Origin: Haliotis rufescens
Lineage: Eukaryota
Assembly: GCF_023055435.1 (NCBI RefSeq)
Contig: NW_025963857.1
Coordinates: 2,418,001 to 2,482,000, forward strand
DNA length: 64,000 bases
Direction: 5' to 3'
Position 1 is the stretch's first letter, and the number at the start of each line of letters is the position of its first letter. The position numbers were made by a program, and so were the translations under genes. Shown piece by piece: positions 40,305 to 53,159 of this stretch. Below the pieces are notes generated by a model, which was not told the origin of the DNA, made no database searches, and was given only the letters and a program-made list of their open reading frames with translations.

Positions 40305-40660
40305 CATAAGAGCCACACAAGCATTTCCACACCCATTAGAAATAAATATCCACGTAAAGCGGAGTCCGTGATGCTATTCCGGCTAAATAATACACATGTG
40401 TTTATGAATCACTGTCAAATAGGGATGACACCAGGTTTTCACGAGTAGGTGAACGTATCCTGCCCCAACAGTGGCGCCCGTCACAAACACATGTATTGAT
40501 ATTGCCACTCCAAAGAAAAGTTCCGATTTATATGCACAAAGAAACAGATGAGGAAGAGGCGTGTGTTAATATGTGTGTCTGCGTGGGGGTCAGCACAACT
40601 GGTGCCTAAGGGGTTGCCTACGTCCAGCATCTCATATTGTATTGCTTTTATTGTTTGACA
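40305..40660 (-). mobile_element. Internally deleted Naiad derivative with the same junction as 36842-37230
   Basis: Minus ORF EMLDVGNPLGTSCADPHAD..LFL (compare VGIPMGTNCAPLLADLFL) lies immediately upstream of the 3' UTR motif. Confidence 0.72.
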
Positions 40661-41855
40661 TATTGTCATGAACCCCTGAAGATAGAAATGCAACTATGGT
40701 CAAATGTTTGCCCCTTGGATCAAATGTTTTCTTTATGTTTGTCGAGTGGGATAGTGGTGTACGAACATTTAAATTAATTGTACATTTCAAATTGTAGTAA
40801 TTCCACTTGTGCCAAATACTTAGCGCACATAAAGAAGATCCCTCTTTGATTGTCATGGATTATGGTTAACCTTTGTGATTGGGATTTTATGGTACGGTTT
40901 CTGGACCCAGAAAAATATTTCTCTTTGTACGGATTTTATGGAGTTTGGAATCCAAGGTAAAAGAGGTAGAGGCATCGTTCAATATTTCACTGTAATGACA
41001 GGCCTTAGGCGTTACAACCTTCATTAAAATAACGGGTATGTCCTGTCAGACCGGTAAGTATAATAACGTGTTAGAACCCACAATCAAAGTCCTGGCCATG
41101 CTAAGGGAACCAACTCTGCAGAAATTAGACCATCTTCAGTTGAATCTTTTTGAGCCCATGTGTCAGTCATTTTCTTCTTTGTAAAGTCTGAACATTTCCA
41201 CTTCCAAAAATGGCCTTCCTTTAAAACAGTTTTACTGTATTCAACATTGTGTGTATTTTCCCATTATAACCAAGACGTTTGAAGCCTTTTTAAATCCCCA
41301 AGGCTTAACACTTCAAAGCAACGACCTTTTGTTATCAAACGAAGTATTCTTAATCCTAATACGTGGCCATAAAAGAGTCTTCTCGTCACAGCGGTTACAA
41401 TTAGCGTTCAAAGACGCTTGGAAATGTCATATGTGTTATACGAAAGGGGGCAGAGTTTTACGCGTGAAAATAGCCTTATTTGATAGAAGAAATATTTAAC
41501 TGACCATGCTAGTTTCACACAGTCATCAGGAACAAATACACTAGCGAGCAGCACAAACCACACCAATAGAAATCGAATTCGAAAATCAAATAATGTTCCC
41601 ATATCATGTAAAACCAATTGTGCCACTGAAAATCCAATTTTCGTTTAAATTATGTTCGTCAAAATTGGAAAAGAACTTGATGCATGATTACAGGATGTAT
41701 CTGGGTAAAAACAGTTGAAAATACTTGTCAAAGATTGATAAAGAGACACGCGAAATGAACACTCACAAACGTAGGCCGGCTAGAAAGGGCCATTGGTTGA
41801 AGCCAGCTATAACACCATCTTCTTAGAGAGGCATTTAAAAGTTGTAGGTCTAGTA

Positions 41856-41918
41856 AGGACAAGATTTATGGATGAACAACTTTTAATGAAGAAGTTGTTC
41901 ATCCATAAATCTTGTCCT
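41856..41918. repeat. Perfect 27-bp inverted repeat (fold-back), probably a Penelope pLTR-end remnant
   Basis: AGGACAAGATTTATGGATGAACAACTT, 9-nt spacer, AAGTTGTTCATCCATAAATCTTGTCCT. The right arm resembles the end of the hammerhead element at 48480-48512. Confidence 0.8.
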
Positions 41919-41934
41919 AACTTATGACACCATC

Positions 41935-42924
41935 ATGAGACATTTTGGTTGCACTCGTGCAACAAGTACCAGGGAGCTGTGACGATACCCTCAGACAAGA
42001 TAGACATAGGACAGACAAGGGGCTGCCAGACCATGTGTCACCACATCAAGAGATTAGTATTCTTCATTTGAGGAAGCGCCTCTTGACTGTGACGTCATCG
42101 GCATCAACTGCCCCCGGACATGTTGCCAGTCGTTTCACTGTATCCAGACGATTGCGTCACCAGGTATTCCGGCCCACATATCACTCCAGGGGATAACGTA
42201 CATTGTGTGATGGCAGAACAGGCAGTGGCAGAAAGTCATCCTGTTTTGTGATGCAGGCAGGATCCAGGTCTCCAGGGTACATTGACGCGTGTATCGACGC
42301 CACGAAGACCTCGCTTCTCGATGTTGTGTGTCCAGGAGTCTCCGTTTGGAGATTGCAGCGTACTGATTTGGTCTGGGATTCGTTGTCAGATAATTCCTGA
42401 ATGTGTGCTGAACGCCAATCTCACAACACATAGTTCCATCGACGAGGTAAAACGTCCAATTGTGCTTCCCTTCCTCCAACGTATCAAAATGACAACGCAA
42501 GACCATATACATAACGTATCATCCGTTACCCTCTGCAGGTCAATGATGTCAACGTTTTGCCCGTCCAGCTCTCCAGAAATGTCACCTCGGGAACCACCGT
42601 GATCGTCAGATTAGAACACGACCTAACACTCCAGAAAAAGCACAGAATTCTATCGAATGACGTTATAATTTCAGTTCAATCCATGAAGAGTGACTTTAAT
42701 CTCAACTATATCGTTTTGACAGTGGCTGCATACTGACAAAAAACCCTGGTTACTTGTGTTCCGGCGGATCCTGAAATTTCCCTGCCACTGGATTACGTAA
42801 ATTATTGTCTAAAATCACTGTCTAGTTCCTTATGCATTATTCCAAAAGCTACATTATGAATATCTACTTACCTTGTTTGTCAAGCCTCATGTATAGTCAT
42901 GTATGGTTTCCCTGATCGTCAGTG
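41935..42924 (+). mobile_element. Decayed Tc1 transposon (transposase remnant and probable right TIR)
   Basis: LHLRKRLLTVTSSA..SRFTVSRRLR, QWQKVI, SVLIWSGI, PIVLPFLQ, SSPEMSP pieces; ends ...GATCGTCAGTG|TA. No left TIR was found. Confidence 0.75.
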
Positions 42925-44996
42925 TATAATGTTTTCAAAATATAAGTCATCTTCAACAGATTTATGTCACTGTACACATTAACAACATGAAATATTTCAT
43001 GTTTCAATTTATTTTACTGATTCAGTTCAAATAAATATAAAAAAGATACGAAATATAAATTAATGAGTAATAATGAAATGAGTATTTCTTGTTAGTATAT
43101 TTGAATACCCATACCCCAGATATATTCATGAGTCTCTGGAGTAAGCAGATAAATAGAAAAGATGTGAAATTTAATTCATGTCTGTTTTAAAACCAGCTGG
43201 GATATGTCTTCATATTACAGTCTCGGGAGGACTCTATTGATGTGATCAGTAATTTTTTTCTAGAGATGAAAGCATCCGACTGTTTGATTCACGCTTCGCC
43301 TTTATTTTTTGGAAACACGTGCTCTCTTTAAAGTTCCAGCGGGAATACCGTCGACGTATAAATTATCAACGCTGTTGAAGTAACAACAGGTTCTCGCCGT
43401 CCACTGTCAGCTGATAACTGCCCGATCTTTAATACACAATGCCACAGTGACTTGTGAAAGCCTGGTATGAACAATCTATATGTCATTGAACTATAGGGAT
43501 AAGGAAGCATACGGGAATAGCATCACTACGTCATAACGTCTCTGCGTTGTATCGGATATCTGCTAATAGAAGGGATCATATATTGCAATTAGGGGACGAT
43601 GACACACAGGACGACACAGTCAACGAGCATGATCATGTCATCATTTAGCCGCGACCTGGTGGGATTGTTGGATCACACCGCCTACACAAGCGTAACGTCT
43701 CACCCACAGAAGAACCGACTCGAACTTGTCAAATGAGGGGATTATAGCATAAGCAGTCGTGACGTTGAGAAAAAACCATGAATAGGACAGATAGATTACA
43801 TTAAGGCGCATTGACTTAGATAAACAGAAGTTGAAGGATTTATTAACACTGAGCATCAAACCAAGCTTTACCATTAAGGCTTTAAGTAATCAAATGCACG
43901 TTTAACTCACAAAGCGTGAGGTATCTGATAGTCACAAGTTAGTACTGATAGTAGGCAGTTAGTACTATTTTGCAACCAACCCGATCTAAATGCACAGGGT
44001 ATTAAATCTAACACAGGTATACGGTAACTAAAACCGAAGGAAATAAACATTTACCATACAAAAACCATCACAATATAACGGAGCGGTACTTCAATCTGAA
44101 CCCCATCACACTGGGCATCTAAATTCTTAGAAAAGAAAAACATTTAACTGTATTAGCAGATAAATTTCTATTGATAGCTCTTTGAAAATTTAGATTATCT
44201 CTCCATAACTTCCATGGCAATAAATGTAGTAGAAGTAAGGATATTGATTCTGTAAATTGTATATGTTCCAACCAGGAGATTGAAGACGAGTTTCCTGTCT
44301 TTTTATATGTGAAAAATGTAAAACGTTGAGATCAAAGTGTCTGTCTGTCTGTCTATCTGTCAACAGCGAATATCGTATCGAACAAGCTAATATGGTAATT
44401 CGTGTTAACCGTGGATAGAGCGTCCACAAACAGAGCAGAAGGTTGGTGGTTCGATACTTGTTATTATCCTGCCTGGCGCTCTGCATGGAGGTAACACTGT
44501 GAAACGTCAACCGCAGAGAATAATCCGTCTCGATTGTTTGCCGAAACAGATTCCATTGGCCGTAAAAGCCCAAAGTGAGGTGACAATAATGCCAATGGAC
44601 CTCCGGAAGTCAGTGATTACACCAGGTGTTCGCGAAAAGGTTAAGCATGTCCTGCCCTACCGGTAGCTCCCGCCTCTCACACAATTTGCATTAAAAATAA
44701 GCGTTTCTCTGTTGCCTTAATCCGCACGTCAGAGCTCCTGTCATACAGCGGCGGCAGGTAAATAATTGAGTTCCGACATGACGCTCGGAGTCAGTATACT
44801 GTGTCTGAGTGAGGTTGGGATGTTAAACTGCTGCATGGTATCTCCCCCCGATCCCACCCCGCCCTACCCCATCCCACCCACAGACACACATGTCGCTATA
44901 TAAGAGCAATGATCTTAAACGCTTTAAACACCCCATCAACTTGGTGTTCCTTATAACCGCAGCTGTAAAGTTTCTGTGAATGTTTGATAATGGAAG

Positions 44997-45276
44997 GTGG
45001 GCACGGGTGGCCCAGTCGTCTAAGGCGCCTCGATTCGCTGTTCAGAGTTACGTCCCTTGGGCACGCCTGAAACCTATGATTGTGGGTTCGAATCCCGGTT
45101 CGCCCCAATTATGTTTCTAGGTTTGTCAGCACCATACCCGTGCTCGTGGGTTTCACCGAAGAGGTAAAAGTCTGAGACCTGCATCACTTCGGGCTTTCCT
45201 CCCACATTAAGCTGACACGCCGCGATATAACTGGAATACTATTAAAAGCGGCGTTAAACCCAACTCACTCACTCAC
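44997..45276 (+). mobile_element. SINE family B, full length
   Basis: 12-bp TSD TGATAATGGAAG at 44985-44996 and 45277-45288; A and B boxes. Confidence 0.93.
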
Positions 45277-45359
45277 TGATAATGGAAGAGGAGAATATGC
45301 TGTCTTTAGCACGTGTTTGAAGATCTCATGGATGTTTATACTTAGCTTTAACGCTGGCA

Positions 45360-45545
45360 AATAAAATCAACAAAACCCTTTCCAAAATCGTAAGAAATAT
45401 CTGCTGAAAACGGAAGCTGTTGTACGATTCCGACTATACCATGAGCATCTGTTAGAGAATCCGTACTAACGACTGTCTGCGGAAAGATGAATGTTTCCTG
45501 CCCCTCCGGTGACACACATCACAAACACATGCAGAGGCAAGTGAG
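45360..45545 (-). mobile_element. Naiad-type PLE 3' end, degenerate
   Basis: ATAAAATCAACAAAACCCTTTCC...TGTACGATTCCGACTAT...TCACAAACACATGCAGAGGCAAGT. Confidence 0.7.
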
Positions 45546-46914
45546 AAACACCATACTTTGTGTATTCTATTTAGTCTCACGTTCTTGATGTTCAAAGAAG
45601 GTAATTAAATGTTAAAAGAGTATAACTTTGTTTGTTAGGATTATAGGTCCCCAGCAACCAACTGAATGAGTCGGTGGTGAGGCTCGGTGACCAGGTTGAT
45701 TGCATGTCATCGTTTTGAACGTTGCTCATAATATCAATGATTGGTTGGTCTGATTCTGTAACAGGACACCGTCATATAGGAGGAATGTTGCTGAGTGTGG
45801 CGTTAAACAACAAACAGACTGAAAAAATACTGATTAAACATGAAAATATCTTCATGAAAACACCACAAATGTTGCTGTTTTTTTCAAATGCGTTCTTCTC
45901 CCATGCTATGCAATGTGTAACAGTAGAAAATCATTTTTATATTTTAGTCAAAAGTTTCTGTCTTCAAGACAATGTATTTTAATAAACTACAATATGTCAA
46001 AATATCACAATATCGCAATATGATTGTAATAGCATGATACCTTTTGCCTTTGTGGGCATGTTAAACACTGACTAACACATGGTGCAATCTGAGCTCCTGT
46101 TCTTATGTTCTATCTGCCCCGAGTCAGCACTTTATCACGTACAAACATATTAGCGCCTTTCGTTTCTTTAGGTAAATATGCTAGGATTAAATGGAATTAA
46201 AGGTAAATATCCCCAGAAATGTTTAATATATGATAACACAGCATGTACGAGTACAACACCTCACAAACTGACTGCAACTTCACTCTGATATGTCGTGAGG
46301 TATTTTTGAACCATTTATCAGAATGTTTTGAAATACAGACGCATGTAAATGGCCGATCTTGCTTTTTAAAACGCTTTGATAATAGATGTACTGAAAAAAG
46401 GGTTTTCCTCATTATGAATTAAATAATAATATGCCACAAACTTATATCAGAAAGGCTTTGGGTAGCCACAGAGTTCGTGGCAATTCTAAATGCACAATAA
46501 TTGTCATAAACGTTTGTCAACAAGTACTAACATTTAACTTACTTTGGAATGCCGCGTCCATTGTATCGAACCCCCGACATCCAGGCAGTCGCTAAACAAA
46601 CAACAACATGGAGGCAGTCGTGCTGGTCAACAGCAAATTAAATCGGCAAATAGCAACAACAAAAATAGTTTCTGCAAATACGTAGCTCAATCGTCTTAGA
46701 ATGAAAACATAACCAACAAACATAATAAAAATATGCAAAAATCAACATTATACCACATCTTTTTTTACGTTTCTATATATAATATAAAATAAAAATATTT
46801 TGACATGACGTATTGATACTGAATCTGGGGTATATATATATATAGTTTTTGTGATGTCACGGTTTCTGTCATGACATTTTAGAATTGGCACAAGGATTTA
46901 ACCTCATGATAATC

Positions 46915-47640
46915 ACTCTTCACGCAATAAAACTCTTCACTTCCGCTGTCATCAAACAGTTGTCATCACTTCCGCTGTCATCAAACGGTGCTCATCACTT
47001 CCACTGTCATCAAACAGTTCTCATCACTTCCACTATCATCAAACAGTTCTCATCACTACCACTGACATCAAACAGTTTTCATCACTTCCACTGTCATCAA
47101 ACAGTTCTCATCACTTCCACTGTCATCAAACAGTTCTCATCACTACCACTGTCATCAAACCGTTTTCATCACTTCCACTGTCATCAAACAGTTCTCATCA
47201 CTTCCACTGTCATCGAACAGTTCTCATCACTTCCACTGTCATCAAACAGTTCTCATCACTTCCACTGTCATCAAACAGTTCTCATCACTTCCACTGTCAT
47301 CAAACAGTTCTCATCACTTCCACTGTCATCAAACAGTTCTCATCACTTCCACTGTCATCAAACAGTTCTCATCACTTCCGCTGTCATCAAACAGTTCTCA
47401 TCACTTCCACTGTCATCAAACAGTTCTCACCACTACCACTGTCATCAAACAGTTTTCATCACTTCCATAGTCATCAAACAGTTCTCATCACTTCCACTGT
47501 CATCAAACAGTTCTCATCACTTCCATTGTCATCAAACAGTTCTCCTCACTTCCATTGTCATCAAACAGTTCTCAGCACTTCCATTGTCATCAAACAGTTC
47601 TCAGCACTTCCACTGTCATCAAACAGTTTTCATCCCTAAC
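46915..47640. repeat. 29-bp minisatellite, ~25 copies (CACTTCCACTGTCATCAAACAGTTCTCAT)
   Basis: Tandem units; the ORF shows 29-residue periodicity. Confidence 0.95.
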
Positions 47641-48292
47641 GCTGTCACCAGCAGTGCTGTTTGTATAAATATCTTCTTTCTCGTTACATGATCAATTCAC
47701 CGATATGAAATGACTCAGGGAACCACGGAACTGTTCTGTTTACCTGTTGTTGTTTTGTGCTGCTTTCTCGATTCCAGTTTACCAGTTTCAGATTATGATA
47801 AATATAGGACACAGTTGGAACTCAACACTAATATCTACTCAGCAGTATACTTGTACACACAGGCAGTCTGACTACCTAAAGACCCACATTGACTTTGACA
47901 TTTGACATTACATAGACATACATATTACAAATATTTCAAGTGCTCGTTTGATGACCTATTTCAGTTATCACCAAAAGTTTTTTAAATATATCTGGGACAT
48001 TGATGTGGCCTTGTATGTTTGGTATATTGACGGAAAGGGGCACCGCCCCACAACGTCAATACAATGTCAACACAATTCTATGTAGAGTTCCTATTACTTC
48101 TAAAAGCTCATACAACTTGCACTACACACATCATTGTCTTATTCAGGTTAACAGGAAGCGGTTGATATTTCCCATATTGAAAAACACGAGTTGTTAATTC
48201 TGTTTATCATGTCCAGTGTTCCCCATTTAAAAATAAACCGAAATTGTTCAAAATTTTACCGAACATTCAGCGTGTAGATACACTTATTTCTT

Positions 48293-48547
48293 AAGGAAGA
48301 GAATATGTGGAGGTCAACTTCTTTATTATGAGGAACATAACGTATCAACGCCAATCATCTGTTGGCATCCCTTGTTAGTTTCTACCCTTTGTTATTTTCC
48401 ACCTTTTCTCTGCCTCATGACATTCATTCACCTGATGAAGGAGTAAGCATATAGTCCGAAACGTTGTGTTCCTCATGATAAAGAAGTTGACATCCATATA
48501 TTCTCTTCCTTATGTGTATCACTTCTAAATACCATGCAAAGGTCTGT
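48293..48547 (+). mobile_element. Penelope-type pLTR insertion with inverted 5' copy and minimal hammerhead ribozyme
   Basis: 12-bp direct repeat CACTTATTTCTT at 48281-48292 and 48548-48559; ~52-bp inverted arms 48292-48343 and 48461-48512; hammerhead core inside. Confidence 0.82.
48429..48468 (+). ncRNA. Minimal type I hammerhead ribozyme (PLE type)
   Basis: CAC-CTGATGA-A-GGAG(taagcatata)GTCC-GAAACGTT-GTG: stem I CAC/GTG, stem II with one mismatch, palindromic ACGT stem III, GUU cleavage triplet. Confidence 0.75.
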
Positions 48548-49080
48548 CACTTATTTCTTGGCAATGTGAAACCAAACAAGTAACAAAATATATTTTAGTC
48601 GGTGTCACTGTCACTTTCGATGAACATCAAGTGTCCTTTGACTGAAGCTGAATTGGTGAAACACGATGACTCGTTATTTTTCAGACAGTTACATTAGCAG
48701 CAAACATAGTGTTGACGCCGTCAGAAAAAAAACATGGATAATTGATTGATGACTGCTGCCTCCTGGCGATTTCGAACACTACGCATGCGTGGACCGGAAA
48801 ATATTATGCGACACGGTGTTTTAGAAACTAATCAAGCTGGGTTGTTACTGTCTTCAGTGTGTTTCATGGAATGCTTCCAGACATTATTTTGGATAGTTGT
48901 TTGTGCTGATCAGGCTCTATGTGTAAAAAATCCCATATTGGCTGTTCTTGTAACCAGTTATCTGCGTGAACATTGTTGTCATTCTACTATTGGTTATACC
49001 TACAAAGTTATTTTGAAGTCGTGTTGAAGTCTAGAACCTGTCTGCTTTACATGTTTGTCATGAAAGTGGATGGTCATACG

Positions 49081-49455
49081 AATAAAAGCGACAAAAGCCT
49101 TTCGATATTCGTAACAAATCTCTGCTAAAAGCCAAATCGATCGTACGATTACGACCACATCATAAGCATGTATTTATGGTTCACTATCAAACAGCGATGA
49201 TGCCAGGTGTTCGTGAAGAGGTGAGCGGATCCTGCCCCACCGATGGTACCCGTCACAAACACATGCAAAGCAAGTCAGTTGTTTACCTGAAGAAACACCC
49301 ATGGGAACTAAAGGAACAAGAGAAAATAGGGAATTGCATAGAACATCAATTTTGTCCCTGATGCGTCAATTTGGAAATGTTCTCTACATGTCAACCATAA
49401 AATTTGGAAAGTTTCACTGAGGCCTTGAATGGTGTTACCTTGATCAAACAACTTT
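49081..49455 (-). mobile_element. Naiad-type PLE 3' fragment
   Basis: Minus strand KKLFDQGNTIQGLSET plus the complete 3' UTR motif. Confidence 0.82.
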
Positions 49456-49799
49456 TTACATTCACAGAAAGTATTTGAGACGAATGGAATTAATACCATG
49501 TGGAATCTCAAAAACTCCAAGTATTTGCTTGACTTTTTGCAATCTCAGATAAGAAATAAGTTCAATCGATCAGATTCTTTCGGGCCAGGAAATTAAAGGG
49601 AGCTATTATTTTCCAAACATCACAGTTTTATACCAAAGAACATTTGGAGCTTTTCTTAGCTAGGAAACATAGTAACATTATAAAAGAATTGCATTCCTCA
49701 CTCCAGAGCATAACGGACATTACAGACTTGATGTTCGTTTTCTGCACATCTTGTCAAACAAAATGGACAGTGTCGTTTCGACCTAGGTGAACGACACTT

Positions 49800-50770
49800 T
49801 CTGACAACTTCTACGACTAAATGTTGTCTGAATATCTACAAATAAGCAGTTCTGATAATTGAAACATAAGTACATTTACAAAATATTTTACAATCCACAT
49901 TAGCTGTTTTATGCGATAAAATGCTAATTCAATAGAGTGATACAAATACATCACTACACCCAACACCTGGTAACCACACTTCACCAAATCTGTACTAAAA
50001 AGTAAGGTTTTAACACAGAAGCCCAACATTACACCACGTTCCGCCCTTTGATAATGGAAACTAGATTAATGTTTCAGGATAGCATGACTTCTTGTGACAC
50101 AATTCTATGCTACAATGTGATTGTCTTGACATAATGGAATGCTTTAATACCAGATAGATTAACAATACTTACAATACAATACAATAAGCTTCAGGATTAG
50201 TTGTGGCCCAATTGAAAGATAAAAGAAATTTAGCTGGCAAGATCTTTATAAAGTAGTGGTGTCGGCAATATTCGTATAATCTTCAAAGCTTGTTGATCTA
50301 AAGTTCCTTGAGTTGGAACTCATTAGCTGATGATGACAACTGTGTCCCAAACTACATATCATTCCGTCCTTTTTAATATTTTTTCATCTTCCTGTTCAAT
50401 ATCTTCAGCAAATAAGAGACTAAGATAAACTGTTTTTTTTACAAAAACACAGAAACACACAAAGTGCCATATAAATGAAGAACAAAAAAGGTGACAACTG
50501 ACATCCTTGCATCCAGGGTGCCACAAGAAATACATCTCAGTTTCTATCTGTTAGCGATATACAGGATGGAACACATTCATTACTGAATATATTCCTGAGA
50601 GGTTTAAACGTCCTGCCTCTAAGACAACAAGTCCAAATTTTAAAGAGTAAACCGTTAAGGTAGATTGCATCAAATACCGCCATTAAGTCACTAAGTGAAC
50701 AATAGACTCTGCTCCTTTTCTGGGACATATATTCATTTATAACAGATTGACAGTGAAAATGTTTTCTATT
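49800..50770 (-). pseudogene. Decayed non-LTR retrotransposon reverse transcriptase (RTE-X/L2/CR1 group)
   Basis: Minus strand IENIFT..YMSQKRSRVYCSLSDLMAVFDAI..LLFKI...QGCQLSPFLFFIY...LLFAED (RT motifs A, B', C). Confidence 0.75.
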
Positions 50771-50774
50771 GTGT

Positions 50775-50912
50775 AGGCCTTGGGATAAAACGCTGGCTGG
50801 TCAATTCCACACATAAGTACAATGAATGAAGCCTATTCCTGGCGTACACCGCTGTACACTATGACTAGTCTATTGCTAAAAGAGGCGTAAAACCTTACAA
50901 ACTCACCACTAA
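50775..50912 (+). mobile_element. Degenerate SINE family A
   Basis: GTACAATGAATGAAGCCTATTCCTGG...TATTGCTAAAAGAGGCGTAAAACC. Confidence 0.65.
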
Positions 50913-52282
50913 CTCCGAGAAAACGTAATAAACACATGGTATAATGTCACACAATTAACACTCATCTAATACGCATCTAAGGTTAGTATACCCAAAACAA
51001 GTTCAGCTTAAATGATGGAGGGGAGCAAACAGTATTGTCAAGTGATGTCTTGCTGGATGTTTTGTTTTTAACGTATATTTACTTCAAGTGTTTGTCGGGG
51101 GCGTTTATCCCCCTGGTTAGGTTCCTCCGCTCCCATCATCCATCACAATTCCGCCCACATACCCACTGTGTGTATAGGACTGTATTTCTTTATTCCACTT
51201 ACTTGTATGAGCTACTCCCATGTGTCTCTTTCATCGATTTCACTCAAGCCTAATTTGATTGTATGTTACTGATACTGTACACTTCATGCTAAGGTTGGGA
51301 GAGTCATGGCACGACACGTGTGTCCAGGAGGTCTATCACCTGGCATATCGGTCCGACACGACGTCATTTCAAGTGTATCCATACAAAGTTGATTTCAGTA
51401 TGGTACCAAACTGTGGACAGGCACTCATATGGTTTGTGCAGGATGTTCGTTAGCTTAGACACATAAGATGTCTGATAGTTTTGAAAAATGACTTCTTGTT
51501 ATGTCAGCGACACCATACCCTATGGGACAGAATTAACGGAATGTCCTGATAACTGCTAATAGAGAATGACATGGCTTAGAGAAGAGGATGATCTGACTTC
51601 TTATGGAGAACATGGTGATCGAAAGGTCAGAAATAACAGGAAACCCTTATTGTTTATGGAGAACAAGGTGACCTATGGCTTAAAATAACAGAATGCCCTG
51701 ATTGCTTAAGGAGAACATGATGGCCGAAACTTTAAAGCGTTTGGAAGAATAGAGAATTGCATCGAACATCATTTTTGTCCCTGGAAATGTCCTCCACACG
51801 TCTACTATAAACTTTTAAAAGCTTTATTGAGGCCTTGAATGCATATGTAACCTTGATCAGAGGTCCGGACAGCTTAGGCCGATATTTAAGACATTAAAGG
51901 GTGCCCAGATTGTTGAAGAAGAATGTTTTCGCCGAAAGTTTAGAAATAACACTTGTCCTGATTGCTTAGAAATAAAATGTTTCCTCACACCCTAGAAACA
52001 GCAAGTTACAAAAGAAAGACAGTTCAATCTGTCAGCTCAAAGAAATGATCAAATGACCTTTTACTGGTGAACTGTATGGCTAATGGACTACAAAAGGACA
52101 ACGGTAGTTGGCTAGTCATCGCTGGGGGATGATGCGAGGCTTGATTGACTATTTTGAGTAATAAGAACATCGGGTATAGAGGAAGGAAGAATCGTTTTTC
52201 ATATAACTGAAAAGTTTAAGGAAGCCATCGAGATATTTCCAAAGGCTACTTAAAGAAACACGTCATGAAAATACGTCGCAAT

Positions 52283-52536
52283 TTTTGTTTGTTGTTTAAC
52301 GCGGCACTCAGCAATATTCCAGCTATATGACGGCGGTTTGTAAATAATCTAGTCTCTACAAGACAATCCTAGAGTGAAATTGTCCAGTGCTTGACAATTT
52401 GGTATCGATCTATGCAATTGGGATGCGATTATATGCATTAACCAAGTCAGCGAGCCTGACCACCCGATCCCATTAGTCACCTCTTACGACAACCATGGGC
52501 TTCTGAAGACCATTCTGACCCCAATCTTCACGGGTC
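52283..52536 (-). mobile_element. SINE-like family C, full length, single-hairpin head variant
   Basis: 9-bp TSD CGTCGCAAT at 52274-52282 and 52537-52545; 5' end GACCCGTGAAGAT. Confidence 0.88.
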
Positions 52537-52649
52537 CGTCGCAATGAATGTTCTTTCTGCCTACAGCATCAGTGTTATAAATACGAGTTGAGACATAGTT
52601 GCGGAAAAAAGCAGTGAAAATAAAGATACGCACGCACGATAATGCACCA

Positions 52650-52920
52650 GAGAAAAACGACAAAAACATTTCAATAATCTTAAGAAATCTGTACAAAAAG
52701 TTAGTTGCGAGATTCCGACTATATAATTAGCCTGCGTCCACGAATCCCCATGAAATTGTGATGATACTAGGTGTTCCGTTAAAGGTGAAGGCGTGGGCGG
52801 TGGCACCGGTCACAAACACATGGAAAGGCAAGTCAATTGTTGTCTCTGACGTATGATGCAATTCCTTAGTTTGACTTTCCATGTTTGTTCAGAAGGAAAA
52901 TTGCCTTGCCTTTGCACGTT
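52650..52920 (-). mobile_element. Naiad-type PLE 3' end with an adjacent inverted piece
   Basis: Minus-orientation UTR motif to about 52842, then plus-orientation TGATGCAATTCCTTAGTTTGACTT...TTGCCTTTGCA. Confidence 0.65.
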
Positions 52921-53159
52921 AGATACTTGTTTATGAATTGCCCATGAGTGTGATAACTGTATGCTTTAATTGACATATGCTATGATTAATTGCCCCATAA
53001 GCAACTTTCTCATACCTCTTGTTTAAAGTGGAATGATCCACTGTGCTGGTCAAAAGTATTAGGTAAATGTAGTAGCAGTTTAAAACAGTGAATCCAAAGT
53101 GTATTTGCTCATGTGGGTTTATTTATTCAATCAATGAGCCTAAAATCAATCAACTCAGT

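Noticed and set aside
46885-47691. 268-aa His/Ser-rich ORF
   Set aside because: Read-through of the 29-bp minisatellite.
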